NCBI GenBank assembly: GCA_016748015.1
Contig: JAAOMT010000424.1
Coordinates: 19,384 to 82,243, forward strand
Length of the DNA: 62,860 bases
From: Geosiphon pyriformis uo1
Taxonomy: Eukaryota > Fungi > Glomeromycota
Reading direction: 5' to 3'
How positions within the stretch are numbered: the first letter of the stretch is position 1; each line of letters begins with the position of its first letter. The notes below the pieces were generated by a model, which saw only the letters and a program-made list of their open reading frames with translations, searched no databases and was not told the DNA's origin. Position numbers and translations under genes: made by a program. Of the stretch, positions 25,516 to 40,050 are shown in pieces.

Positions 25516-28500
25516 TTGGTGCTCTCTCACAGAAATAATACAGCAACAACAAAATTCAAAGTGGCGATCACACCAAACGCAACAACTCTAGAGTATTATC
25601 AATCAATTTACACCCACTGCAAGCAAAGATTCAACATTCCAGATGGAATTGAAGTTGTCAAGAAATCAGTATACCAATATATTAAAAACCACATTAACAA
25701 TTATCTTTTTGGAAATTACAATATCTCAGAAGTTAGAAGCAACCTTAACAATAATTTAACATACTATTCACAGTTGGGAACTGAAAACCTTAACAGTGAA
25801 ACACTTGCCACTTACTTTCACAAACTTAATTTTAACATTATCAAATACTGTGAAGAAACATATCCAGTATAGTCTCAATACACTATTGATTTTGAATTGG
25901 AAACAGAAACAAACAACAAAGGCAAAAACAAATTAAAGCAATACTCAAAAACCACCCCAAATACTCCAACACTACCAAAAACAACTGCCAAACATTTACA
26001 AACACCTAAACAAGAAACCAGTTCAAAACTTTCATTTACTATCACACCTTTTCCAGCTTCACTTGCACAAGCACAAATGTCTAATTCATCCTTGAATCGA
26101 TTTGCAAGACCAGAAGATTTTACATCACTCAGAAGTCCCATCAGACAACAAAAACCTCTTCAAACTAGTTCTAATCTCCTTGACTTTCTAGCTGAAAATC
26201 AAAGTGAACACTCTAAGACAGCAGCGAATGAAGAAAACAAACCTGAAATATCTGAAGAAGAATTAATAGACAGTGAAAACAAAGAAGATGAAATGACAAC
26301 ATATATCACAAAAATCCCTGAATTTAATAGAGAAGACATTGAGACCAGTCGCCAAGAATGGTTCAACCAAGTTACTAAAGCTGGAGATGCAAATGGATAG
26401 AATGCTGCCAGAATGTTAAGAACAATTCCCTACTTTCTCAAAGAAACAGCAGAAGAATGGTTTGAAAACTTGGCCGCCCCATTCAATGATTGGAACATTT
26501 TTAAAGCAGTCTTCCTTGAACAGTTCACTGACAATAATACCTCCATTACCCTTCGCAATTGTTTTCGAAATATCAAACAAGAACCCTCCGAATCTGTTAT
26601 GACTTATATTGGGAAATTCAACAAACTTCTTAGATGAATTCGCCAACTTGAAACAAATGATTATTATTCCAATGCTCAAATCTTGGATCAATTTATCACT
26701 GGTCTAAAAGATAAACTAATTAAAAAGGTTTGCCCACATGCGCCAGAAGATTTAAACTCTGCCATACAGCATGCGAAAAGATACAAAATGGCCATGGAAG
26801 AGGCCAATTGCACAAAACTTGTAAATATAGCAATTAGAGAAACCAGCTCAGCAGCTGAGAAAAAAATTGACCAATTCACAAAGAAGATTGAAAACTATTT
26901 CACCAATCAACAACAACAGTAACCCCAAAGATATCAACCACCCCAAAGATAAAATCAAAATAACTTTGCACTACTTTCCAATAACCAGTTTCAGAATTGC
27001 CATTACTGTGGAATCTCTGGCCATTGGAAAAGAGATTGCAGAAAGCTATAATGAGACCAACAAAATAGGAGTAATCAACATTACCCTCTACCACAGCAAT
27101 CTTATTATCAACCACCACCACCAGCTTACTATCCACCAAGATCTTAATACCAAAATAACTATTATCAGCCTACCCCACAGCCAATCTAACAGCAATACCA
27201 ACAACCACCCACACAACATTATCAAATACCTGCTCGAAGACTGATTACACAAAATCAATTCACACCACAAAACTGATACCAAGTAAACAACAATAGAATC
27301 AGTTTGAACAACCAATTAGTTCTCCAAAATTCCATTCAACTAAGACCCAACCACTACCACACTCAACCCAGTTATTTAACAATGTCAGAAGAACAGAATT
27401 TTCACCATACTGCACCCTCAAAAGGTAGAGCTGCAGCACAACAACAAAACCCTTCCTATACTTCCACCACAATCCCACCAGCCAGAATTGCTAAAAACGC
27501 TAACCTTTTAGATATATTTCCTTTTGAGTTTGAAGCAAATGAGTCACTATTCCTGCTTAGCAATACAGCCGCCAATAAACAAAAAGCAATCATGGCTATG
27601 TACACTAAAGCAGAAGTTGAAGGAAAGACAATTTGCTTGATCCTAGACAGTGGATCCAATAGAAACATTATCATCTACCAATTAATGCAACAGTTGAAAA
27701 AAAATGTCGACCGACCAGCTCAAACAGTAATCATCACTGCCAATGGCATGAAAAAGACCCCAGTAAAAGAAATTGACAATTTTCCATTCACTCTTGATGG
27801 AATCACCATTCTAGTTAAAGTTCTTGTAATGGACGCATCCCAGTACCAAGCTCTCGTCGAAAATGATTGGCTTTAAAAAGCCAATGCTAATCTGAATTGG
27901 AAAACACAAGAGTTAACAATCTTCTACCAAGGACAACATGCCTGGGTACCTGCCATTTGTGGTACATTCAACAAATGCTCTGAAAAAGCCCCGGCTTTTG
28001 AATTCGAACCAGAAAAAGAAAAACTCCTCATTGAAACATTTATAGCTCTTGGATCAATGTCTAACTGGGCCGATGAAACAGAACAAGAACATTTTATCCT
28101 ACACTCTGAACCTGAAACCTCTGAATGAAATATCCCTTACTCAAAACCCAAACCAAGAAAACAACGCCCCTATATTCCTCTTAAATGTAAGGACTGCCAC
28201 AAGAAACTATTGTCAATGAGAGCCTGCATTTCACCTGAAGAAGAATATGAAAATCATATTTGTTATTACTGTAAAGCTTGCCACAAAGAACAATGGGGCC
28301 ATCTAATAAAAAGAAGTGGAAAATGGGACAATACTCCTTGTTTGACTTGTGGAGATATGCTACTAGAAGAATGCAATTGAATTGATATAGCCATGAGAGG
28401 AGAAGTCTGCAATCAGACCTGCCAATATGCTTTATCAATTTCAGAAAAAGTAAAAAGAGGAACACCCTTTAATGCAGCATACAACAGTGCTTTCAACAAA

Positions 28501-31176
28501 CCTTATCACTACCCCCATGATGCCGAGATGATTTTCAACTTAGCAATGGCATTAATTAATGGAGCTATCAAAGAAGATGTTTGTCAAATGAAGGAAGCAG
28601 AATACATTGAATACACTATAGAATTAGCTGGATTTGATTATGAAGATGAAGTAGAAGTCTACCACCAAATTGCAAGTCACATCTACTCAACCCAAGAAGC
28701 TTAAATTCAATGATTAGAGCAAATGAACATTAGACTATGTGAAAAATGCATTATGTCTTGTGATGAACAGTGGTGTTCTGAATGCTATGCTTTTAGTATC
28801 CCTTTGTCCAGCGAAAATGATGAGAACAAAATTGAATTTGGAGAACCTGAAGCAATGGAAAAAATTGAAACAACACTCATCTACCTTATCAAAAATCAGC
28901 CTGCCTTACAACTTAAATACTTTAACAACAATGGACAAGGAATAAAACCTAAAAAAGCACATGAAATTGATGCTGGATATAACCTAAGATATCCAGGCAA
29001 GGATACTCTTGTTCTCAAACCCAAATCTCTCACAAAAATTAACCTCAAAATTGCACTTGAAATCTCACTAGGAGCAATGGTTCAAATCACCTCCCAGTCC
29101 TCTCTGGCAAGCAAAGGAATCAATATCAGAGGAGAAATAATTGATGCTGGATATACTGGAGACATTACAGTGATGCTTCAAAATGAAACTGACAAACCAT
29201 TCAAGATTGAACATGCTGAAAAAATTGCCCAAGCTATTTACCTACCCCTAATCAACATTTCAGGTTTGCAACTAGTCAATCAAAGAAAACAATTAGGAAA
29301 AAGCGATAGAGGAACCCAAGGTTTTGGTTCAACTGGACGATTCACAGTTCCAGTTAATATAGCTTTTAACACACAGAACAAATCCCACCAGATTCTTAGA
29401 CTTTTACAACCAATTATCATCTTACCCTTTGGAGAACATCTGGAAATCTACACCTGCCTAAAGCCAACAACCACACAACAAATTTTTGAGTCCAATGAAC
29501 AAGTTTGCTTGGAATATAATATTTTGATCCCAAACATTTATATTCCAGAAGAAACAAAGAAAGTCTAAGTTACTTTTTACACCAATAATTACCTCATAAT
29601 TTTATTAAATAATTTAGAAATTGGAGTTATTCACAATAATATATTTCAACAAGAATTATCCCAAACAGTTCCCAATTTCTCTGAAATTATTGGACATTTA
29701 CTACCAAAAATCAACCCAAACCCCAGCTCCGAAAACTACCATGTTGTCATAGAAAAACTATCTCGAATCAACATGGGACAACTTGAACCACAACAACAGA
29801 CCCAGCTCAAAGAGCTAATTGCAGAATTTGCTGATATTTTCGCTGAAAACAACAATGACTTAGGAAGAACCAATTTGGTCCAACACCAAATTTATACAGG
29901 AGATGCCAAACCAAGAAGACAACAAGCATATCGAGTTGCTTCAGAAAGCCACCAATTTATCCAAAAAGAAGTACAACAAATGCTTAACAATGAGCTCATC
30001 CAATCCTCCATGAGTCTTTGGGTTTTACCTGTAGTACTAGTTAAAAAGAAAAATGGAAAGATCCAATTTTGTGTTGACTATCGACAACTCAACAGTGTTA
30101 TAATTGGAGATGCCTACCCCCTTTCCTGGATTGATGACATGTTAGATGCTCTTGGAAAATCCAAATACTTTTCAACATTAGATTTAGAAAGCAGTTACTA
30201 GCAAGTTGCTATGAATCTCAAAGATTGCCCCAGGACAGCATTCACCATCCAAGGCAGAAATTACAAGTTCAATGTAATGTCTTTCAGATTATGCAATGCA
30301 CCAGCAACATTTCAGAGATTAATGGATGTTGTGTATTAAGAACTTCTTTGGAAGTCAGTAGTCGTTTATCTTGACGATACTGATGTTTATTCTCCATCGT
30401 TCGAATTACACTTAAAACACCTGCAAGAAGTTTTTCAACAATTACAAAAAGCAGAACTAAAACTCAACATCGAAAAATGCTACTTTAGAAAAACAAGCTT
30501 GGCCTTCCTTGAGCATATTGTTAGTAAAGATGGAATCAAACTGGACCCTAGAAAAATCAGCATAGTCAAAAACTTCAAAACTCCTCGAAACACTACAGAA
30601 CTAAGAGGATTCATAGGATTAGCATCCTACTATCAGAAGTTTATCAAAGGATTTTCAGAAATTGCAAAACCCCTCAACCAGCTCACCACCAAAAACATTG
30701 AATACAAATGGACTACCAAACACCAAAAAGCTTTTGGAATTCTCAAGAAAAAACTGACAACAGCTCCAATTCTTGCCTATCTAGATTTCAGCAACTGATT
30801 TCGACTAGCTACAGATGCTTTGTATACTGCCTTTGGTGCCATCTTATCACAACTAGATGACAACAGAAATGAGTGAGTAATTGCTTATGCTAGCAGAACA
30901 TTAAAACCAGTTGAGAAAAACTACCCTGCCACAGAACTAGAAACAGCAGCCATAATTTGAGCCCTACACTACTTCAACTTTTATCTCAGGCCTAAAGAAT
31001 TTGATATTATCACTGATAATATTGGACTCAAATAGCTTCAGAACAAAAATACTCAGCTGAATGCAAAACAAACCTGATGGACAGGATTTCTAGCAAACTA
31101 TCAATACATAGTACATCACAAACCAGGAAAACTCCACACTAATGTTGACTGTCTCTTCAAAATGAGACAAGATTAG
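25516..31176 (+). pseudogene. Single-frame gag-protease-Cys domain-dUTPase-RT-RNase H of B
   Basis: All ORF fragments share one frame; CHYCGISGHWKRDC, LILDSGS, VYLDD. Confidence 0.9.
28900..29340 (+). pseudogene. dut: dUTPase domain in B polyprotein
   Basis: Motifs DAGYNL, SQSSLA, IIDAGYTG, KIAQ, RGTQGFGSTG. Confidence 0.92.
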
Positions 31177-31227
31177 AAAACACAAAAACCAACACTCAAC
31201 TTAACCAACCAAAAGAGCCAACAAACA

Positions 31228-32613
31228 ATGAATTCAGAAAACTACAACAATCTCAAACAATATTTGGAAACATTAATAATCTCAACAGATTGGTCTCCAG
31301 ATGAAAAACATCGACTACAACAACAAGCCAAACAATATTTTCTATACAACAACATTATTTATCATTAAAATTTCAAAAACCCAAACAAATCACTCAGATT
31401 AATACAAGAATAGAAAAAAGAGACCATATTATACAACATGCACTCAGATTCTTCATCAGCACACTTCGGAAAAAATAGCACCACCCAAAGAACACTAGAA
31501 TACTACTTTTAGCCTCGAATGAGGAAAAACATTCATGAATATGTCGAATCTTGTGATAGTTGTTAAAGAAGAGGAGGAACACACTCTACTGAATCATTAA
31601 ATCTAATCAAAGTTGGACAACTCTTTGACCAAGTTGGTATCAATTTAGTCAGACCACTATCTATTACCACTCAAGGAAACCATTATATTGCAGTAGCTGT
31701 AGACTATCTTACTAAATGGCCTGAAGCCAGAGCCATTCAATGAGCAGATGCAAAATCAGTAGCAAATTTCATCTATGAAGACATCATTTATAGACATGGA
31801 TGTCTAATTGAACTTTTATCCGATCAGGGGACACATTTTGTGAACAACCTGATACAAGAAATTTGCAAACAATTTAATATCAAAAGACCTCTGTCTTCGC
31901 CCTACCATCCACAAATAAACAGACTTGTGGAACGTTTTAACAGAACATTGTGTGAGTCATTAGCCAAAGTCTCAACCAATTTTGAACAAGAGTGAGATAT
32001 CTTTATTCCATCAGTGTTGCTAGCATACAGAACACTAAAACAAGATACCACAAAACACACACCATTTGATTTAACTTATGGAAGAACAGCAACATTGCCA
32101 ATTAGTTTCACAGTGGAAACATACTCAGCACAACCAATCGATGAAAACAATTTCCAAAAAATGCTTTAGCAAAGAGTCTACACTCTGCTTAGCACATTGG
32201 AAGGAAAACGACAAATAGCAGCCACCCATATTGAACACTCTCAAGCTCGACAAAAAGAACAGCATGATGACAAATTGCCTCCAGTCACCAATGAATTTAA
32301 AATTGGAAACAAAGTTCTCTTACATAGAACTAAAGCTGAAAAACAATGGAGTGGAAAATTTGAAAATAAATAGGATGGACCATTTTTTATCCATAAAATC
32401 CTAGGCAATGGATCATACAAGCTAAGACTTGATGACAAAATCCTAGCAAAAGTTGCACATGGAGATTGTTTGAAACACTATCATTCCAGAAACAATCCTG
32501 AACCATTAATTTCACAAATTGGTACACATTCCCCTTTAGTCAATCCCGAAGATATTCTCCAAAACTTAGAACCAATAGTTGTCATTGAACAACCTTCCAA
32601 CCTGAACACTTAA
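31228..32613 (+). pseudogene. Integrase of B
   Basis: HSD..AHFG..CDSC, DYLTKWPEA, LSDQG, YHPQ, DGPF. Confidence 0.9.
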
Positions 32614-32719
32614 TTTAATTTTACTAGTTATTCACTTATAATTTAGAAACAATCAAAACAAAAATAACATAAAAACCCATACACCAAAAATAATTTTCTT
32701 TTATTTCAAATCTCTTATA

Positions 32720-33439
32720 ATGACTATTCCTCAAAACATTCAACAATTATCCCAAAAACTAATGTTAGCTTTAAAAACAATACCTGAATTATCCATTACT
32801 GTTATTGGAAACCACATTAATTATACCCAAACAGAAGTAGTTACAAATTTAGCCCCAAATTCACAAAAATATCACTCATATAAGAAGAACACAAGAAGTT
32901 ATTCTGGAATTTACCTGCCAAAACTTTTAAAGCTTGCTTTAAGAGAAAACCTAATGTTCACTCCAATTAGTATTCCACCAAATGCTACAATTCAACAAAG
33001 ACTTCAACTGTGTCTTAATAAGGAAAACACTGGATATCCTCCAATCTATAGATATTTCCACATTGGAAAAACACTCTATAAACAGAAACTGGAACTTACA
33101 ACAGCAAACCTCACAAAAAAAGCTATTCAGAAACAACTCCACAACAAATTCAAGACAACAGCTGGACCAACAAACAGTCGCTACAAGCTTAGAGCTGCTC
33201 TTAGACTTTATGACCTATTCTACACCTGTAAAAATGTCTTACAAAATCTAATTTTACGACCTTTAAAGATTCAATACATTGGAAAGCTCACAGAACTGAA
33301 ATTTCAACAATTTTCAGACCAAATTTTTTTAATAATTTTGGATTACTATCTGGAAATTACAGACAGTACTTGGACTTCGACGGAGCTCAGTCTTAAGGAG
33401 GAGGTTATGTTACCAGATGAAATTAGAGATATTATTTAG
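32720..33439 (+). CDS. Extra ORF3 of B (239 aa, intact), unknown function
   Basis: Open sense ORF between integrase and 3' LTR, overlapping the PPT and LTR start. Confidence 0.7.
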   Translation: MTIPQNIQQLSQKLMLALKTIPELSITVIGNHINYTQTEVVTNLAPNSQKYHSYKKNTRSYSGIYLPKLLKLALRENLMFTPISIPPNATIQQRLQLCLNKENTGYPPIYRYFHIGKTLYKQKLELTTANLTKKAIQKQLHNKFKTTAGPTNSRYKLRAALRLYDLFYTCKNVLQNLILRPLKIQYIGKLTELKFQQFSDQIFLIILDYYLEITDSTWTSTELSLKEEVMLPDEIRDII

Positions 33440-35402
33440 CATGAAATTATCTTATAAATCCTATCATTAATTAGCATATATTATCATTTATTATATTAGC
33501 AGAATGTCTGAAATTATCATTTAAATTAATAACCCAATTTGTACATAACACAAATGTAATTTAATTGCAATGATCAATCATGCAATACCCCAAACTATGT
33601 AACATTCAAAAGTTCACCAAAATTTGTAGAAATTTGCCGAAATAATTGATAGTTCACTGAAATATCTAATAATTCACAGAAATAACTTATAGTTTACCAA
33701 AATATATCTTTAGTTCAGCGAAATTGTAGAAAATAGCAAAGTTCAAGTTCATAGAATAGTGTTACGACAAGTTGTATAAAAAAAGAGCATCTCTCTTCAA
33801 AAAAATGTATCTTACTTTAGATTTATCACTTAAAACCATTCTTACATACACAAAAAAAAATAAATATCAAATAAATTTGAAAAACCAAATTCTTTAATTA
33901 TTGCACTTGAAAAATTCTCAAAACCCAACTAACGTTTTGAAATTGATTAGCTACCAATTTCAATAAACTGTTAGTGACTTCAGGCCTGGATAAAAAAACG
34001 TTTCTCTTGATAAAATCCTATTTCTTTTATATTTTTTTTATTTTTCTTTTCTTTTCTTATTACAATTATTAAAGTAGCCTACAGACAAGATTCCTGTAAA
34101 AGAGTTGACTTTCACAGCAAAGTAACTACACATTTTTAGTGAGCTTCCAGACGAGCAATTCCTGGAAAAGAGTTGACATTTACTACAACATAATTACATA
34201 AAGCAACTGGCACAGAATTGGCCATTCCACTTATAAGCCCAGCAAGTTTAAATTATAGAAGATAATTTGAAGATAAATTCAGTTACTGGAGGTCCAACTA
34301 CTTCCTGGAAACGTGAATTCACAGCAAACAGGCATCAACAACATTCAAGAAAGAAGACCAAAAATCTTTGGTAACAGTGGGACTTTGACAGAAGACTATA
34401 GTTAAGTTTGAACAATCAGATCATACTAATTTGGTTACAGTTAAATGGTCTGTATTAATTGGAAAAGATGCTATGCATGTTGTTAAATTAGATTTGGACA
34501 AAGAATTTTGGGACAAGAAGGATCAATATAAAGCATTGCTGTATATTTTGCTCATGGAAACAAATGCTCATAACATATGAGATTTAATTAGTTCTGTTAA
34601 TAGTAAAACATGTGCTATCAATTACTATCCAGTTTCATATACCAGAGCCAAGTGTGTTACTGTTTGCTTTGACTTTGCTAAATTATTAAATGCTGTTATG
34701 AGAACTACATTAGTTTTAAGGGGTGCTAATTTGTGCTGGTCTCATTTAGTTCCTGTTAAATATACTAAGTGTAGAAATTCTGGTCATATATCTTTGGTCT
34801 GTATGACTGATGGGAAATTTCTATCTGGTATTTTACCATATAGGGTCTTTTTAGATGCAGATTAAAGCAGACTGGCTGCCATTTATGCCAAATGTTTAGT
34901 GCCAGTAGTTTATTTTGTTTTTTTTGGTGGTATTTCTTGAATGAAAGTTGTTAATAGGTCTTCCTTCCTTCCTTTTCTTACAAGTAATATTTTGGCTAAT
35001 TTTGGTTTCTCTTTAAAGATAAAACTTTCTTTGCTTGTTGTGAGTAAATTGAAATTGTATTTAGTTGGCATTAAAAGCAGTTTTACCAGTTTTGCAAGAC
35101 AAATTAGTAAGTTGGCTAAGAGGTTAGATTCACTTGTGCCAACAGTTTTTCAGTCTAGCCCTGAATGTCAGCTGTCAGTGACCCCCCCCTATCACAGAAT
35201 CAAGTAGGTGATATAGTGATGGGAAAGGGCTCAAGTAAGACCATTTATAGTAAGACTGCTACAATTTTGAGCTCTTCTGCCTCTCTTGAAATAATTAAAT
35301 TGGAAAATATGTTGAAAGATCTGTCTGCTTTGGTGCTAAGTTTGTTAGCTCACTTTGATAGTTTGGTTATGTTTGTTAGTATGTCTCTCCAACCCCTTTC
35401 TC

Positions 35403-38400
35403 AATGAGTGATTTTGTGTAAAAGTTTGTTACATGTAATATTCATAGGATTAATGTCTCTGTCAAGCAGAAGGATGTTGTCCATTAGCATAGAAATTCTG
35501 AAAATTTGGTTTTGATTGTTATAAAGACAAAGTTGAGGTCTAGTATTAGATCATAGATAAAGAATAAGTTTAATGAAGTTAGGATTTTTTCATCTGAATT
35601 AGATAGGGAGTTATATGATACTGGAATAGCAATTATTATGAATACTTTTCTGGTTCATCATGTATACAAGGTTTCTAAGGTGCCTAGTTGGCTTTTTTCT
35701 GTTAAGTTGCTTTTCAAAAATAAACTTTTTGTATCAATACTGAGACTCTACACTGTTGTCTTCCTGGCAGTTTATTTCTCTCAAGCTGGTAAGATTAATT
35801 TTTTGATTGCAAAGATTGTAAATAAATCTTCTTTTATTGTTTTGAGTAGTGATTTTAATAAAAATGGTTTCCATAGATGTGCCAGTTTCAGAAAGTGTCT
35901 TAGTTTAGGTTTGTTCAATTTTTTGAGTAGAAGCTCATTTGTGAAAACTTTTATGTGGTCTAATTCTCAGAAAGTTGCAAAAACAATCAATTATATGTTT
36001 GTTTCTTCAAACTTAGTTAATGCAGTAATTGATTGTAATATAACAAAAGTTGGAAAATATTTTAATACTAATCACCATGCTGTTTCTGTTTCTGTGTGTT
36101 TGGGGAGTTTATTGAACACATAGTTGAATTTAATCTGCAAATAGGTGAATAAAGATCATTGAAAGTTTGATATTAGAGGTGCTAATATTGTTAATTGAAG
36201 TGATTTTGAGAATGATATGGCTGCCAATACTGTAATGTTTTTTAGTGAGTTTGCTGCTTTCAAGAAGTTTTTAGATCTGGACACTATGTAAAACATTATT
36301 CACAAGATTGTTACTCTTTTTACTGATAGAATGGTTAAAAAAAAATGGTTCAAAGGCTTTGACAAAATGTTTACCAAAGAGTCTTTTAAGTTTCATAAGT
36401 TGAAAATTTTGGTTTCAAAAATAATTAAGATGTTTTATGATAAGAGTTTGGTTAAATTTGCTTCTCTGATAAAATGCTGAGTTTTTTTGGATAATGTCAT
36501 GACTTTGTCTATCCAAAATTTGGTAAACTCTGGCATAAATTTTGATTGTATATATTCTGTTCTGTTTTATATAAGGAAGTTGTATCATGCATCCAAACTT
36601 GCTGAATTATTAAGAACTGAGGAATTGGGCATCCAGTCTGCTATTAACAAATGAATGGAAAGTTTTGCTATAGACAAAGGCCATATTATTCAGAATATAT
36701 TAGAGCATTTTTTTTGTAAGATGGTGTTGGATTGATGATGGTAATTTGGTTCTTGATTCAGTTGATGTCAAGAATAAAATAGATACAATTATAGAAGGTT
36801 AGACAAGAAAAAGAGCTGTATTTCTAATTTGTAACAGTATCAGTACTTGCCATTAGATTATGTTGATGATAATGCTTTTGCTGGAGTTATGACTGCAATT
36901 AAATATGATAATTTGTTGTGTGTAATAAAAAAACTGTCTGATGAAAAAGCTGTGGATTTATTTAGCATCACAAATAAATTATGAAAACATTATAACAATT
37001 CAGTATTTGTTATGCTTTTAGCCATTTTGAATCTTTGCTTAGTGTATAAATCTGTGCTTTAACCTTAAAAAAAAGCTTGGATGTTGATGATTTCTAAACC
37101 TTATGAATAGAAGAGTGTTCTTACTAACACTAAACCTATTGTGTTAATTGAAACTGCTAAGAAAATTTTTTCTAAGCTAATTTCTAATAAGATCTTTTTG
37201 GCTTGTAGTATATTCAATGTTCTTTATGGCAACAACTTCTCTGTACTGAAAAAAATGTCAATCCAATCTTCTATTTTTGCTGTTGGTTCAGTAGTTGAGA
37301 ATACTTTAGAGAAAGACTGTAAACTTTGGCAGATGTTATAGGATATGAAAAAAGCATACAATTCTGTAGAGTGGTCTTACCTAAAAAACAATTTGGTTTG
37401 TATTAAAATATGTGATCAGTTTATTTGTTTTTTTGGGGGCATTCATGGTAATAGAGTCAATTGGATAATGACTGACTTTAATTTGACTAATGAGTACCAA
37501 GTATACAATGGCTTAGACTAGGGTGAAGTTTTTTCTCTTCTGTTTTGGAGAATTTTTTATGATCTTCTGTTGTGTAAAGTCAAATGACAAAAAAGTTTAT
37601 GTGAATACTATATTAACACTAAGTTTGTTGCCAAGACTGACAGGTTAAAGAATCAAGATAATATAACTTTGTTTCTTACAACTAGAGCTTTTGTTGATAA
37701 TACAATTTGAATTGGAAGTACTCAGGTGACTACTCAATACATTTTGGACATTACAAGTAGTTTTTTTAGGGTAAATGATATCTTAATTAATAATAAAAAA
37801 ACTGTTGTTATTCTCATCAATTGAAGAGTTAAAAAAATTTTATTGTTAATTAGTAATTTGCCAATTTTGGTAGTCTGAAATGGGGAATCTCATAGATACT
37901 TAAATATTTTTTTGTTATCTAAGAATTTGTCCAAATCTAGTATAGCAAAAACCCATTTAGATGTCAGATTTTTTGTCAATTTGGTTTTGAAAAAAGCAAT
38001 CTCAAACAAGCAGTATCTTTATTTGGTCTTGGCTGTGCTTCAACTTATAAAAAGTTATAGAACTCAGTTTAGTTTTGTCTTTAAGAATATGTGTATTAAG
38101 TAGGATACAATGATTCATAAAGATTTAAAAATAAAAATGGGTCTACCAAGAGATTTTTCTAATGAAGCTTTTTACCATTTTTCATTGTATGGCTTAAAAA
38201 TTTTCAGGCAAGTGCAAGCTGAATACAAAGTGGTTTTGTGTTGGGTTTCTTAAATACAAGTGGAATTTTAGGCAGATTGTTTGATCATAGGTTTTTGGAC
38301 TTACAAAGTGCGAATTGGTCTTTTGTTTATCTATTATATCAGCCTATAAGACTGCAAATCAGTTTGGTTGACAATTTTTTGGCTAATATGATTAGAATTT

Positions 38401-40050
38401 TCTTAGAATGTGATATTTCTTTGGACAATATTATTTTGTTGGCTTTTCACTTCACTGATAACACTCTGATGTCTTAGGTTTTGGAAAATTTGATGTTTTA
38501 TAATGTTTTATGTTTACTTAAAAAGTTTGAAGTCACTTTTGTTGATCAGTTATATGACAAAAAAAAGTTGATTTTTGATTAAAAAAAGTTTTGTTGTTAG
38601 AAAAAACTTGATTTGAGGGGTTTAATTTTTGGCTGGTTTAGCACAGCACAAGAATTTTTGAGTTGATTATCTCTTTTTGCTGAGTTTTCTGTTGCTTCTC
38701 CCTATCTTTTGTTCATATTTAATTTTGGTGGCATTTTTAAGATTAAAAATAGTCTTGTTTTCTCTGGTTTGGATGTCTTTAATATCTATATAGATAGCTT
38801 TTTTAAAGACTTGGATATGTATAATATGAGATATGAAGCAGCAGCATATTTTTTTGATCTGAGTTTAGGCATTGGAATTAGTGTTAATGGGTTGGTATCT
38901 TCTATGTTGGTTGAATTGTAAGTGATTATTCTAGCTTTGGAGTGTGTATTTTCTAGCAGCTTAGTTGTAGTGTATTTAAACAGTTAAGCTGCACTTGATG
39001 CTTGTACTGCTAAGTCAGTTTTGGCTCTGCCTAATTACCATAATTGGTGTTGGATGAAACAACAAAGAATGGTGACTTTTATTAGGAATAAAGAGCTTAA
39101 TGTCTCTTGGTACAAGATTAAAAGGCATTCTAATATTATAAACAATAAGTGTGCAGACAAGCTGGCTGGTTTGGCTGCTGGTTCAAATTTGGTGTTTTCT
39201 ATTCTGGTGGAAGATAAATTTATCAGGGTGGGTGAAATAACAATATTTGAAAATGCTTACCATTTTGTTCGAAATGTTTATGGGGTTATAAATTGTATTT
39301 GTTGAAAGATTGGATCTGGTTTTGGTATTGTTAACATGAATTTTGTTGGTAATGTAAATTGGATGCATACTGCTTCTGTGTAGCATTCTAACTCTTGTAT
39401 GGCAGCTGGATTTATGAGTAAGTCTATGGCTGGTTTACATTTATATTTTATAAAAATTGTATACTACCATCTACTAGTTGCTATACAAAAATGATTGTAT
39501 AACAAGGGGTACTCAAGTGTGTTGTGTCTTTATTGTGGTAAAGTGGAGAGTTTCAATTATTTTTTTGTGTGTGCAATAGATTTGGCTATTTACAATGATC
39601 TGCTTATATCTTATCTTGACCAGTGGCATGCTTTATTAGGTTCAAGTTTGTCTTTGTTTTGGGTCTTGCAAATAGTTTTTTCGAGTGTGTTCAATGATAG
39701 TTTATATACCATTCTGTGCAAAAAATTTGTGTTTAAAGATTGGTTTTTAGAAGCTGTGTTTTTTTTGTTGATGTGAAATTGGCTGAAAAGTATGTTGTTA
39801 ATTTTGTTTAAAACATAAAGTCTGTTTACCATATTAATATATGGTTGGTTAGGGCTAAGTATAGGGCATTTATGAAAAAGAAAAAGTTGATTGCACATGA
39901 TGGCTTGATATTTCCTGCAGTTTGTGGTCTATTTTTCTTGCTTTCTGCAGGGGTTATTAGGTTGTTTAAGATAGCAGAGACATTTGGTGTTTGTTTTAAT
40001 TTTTATAAACCTTGCTGTTTTTTTCTGGTATCAATAGTGTGGTATTAGTC
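35403..40050 (+). pseudogene. ORF2 of the younger LINE (APE-RT-RNase H-CCHC)
   Basis: Motif order as in the LINE entry; many nonsense stops. Confidence 0.85.

Larger units (their letters stand above)
24533..34376 (+). mobile_element. Full-length dUTPase-bearing Ty3/gypsy element B (inactivated)
   Basis: LTRs 24533-25514 and 33408-34376; TSD GTGG/GTGG; PBS TGGTGCTCTCTCAC; PPT AAGGAGGAGG. Confidence 0.97.
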
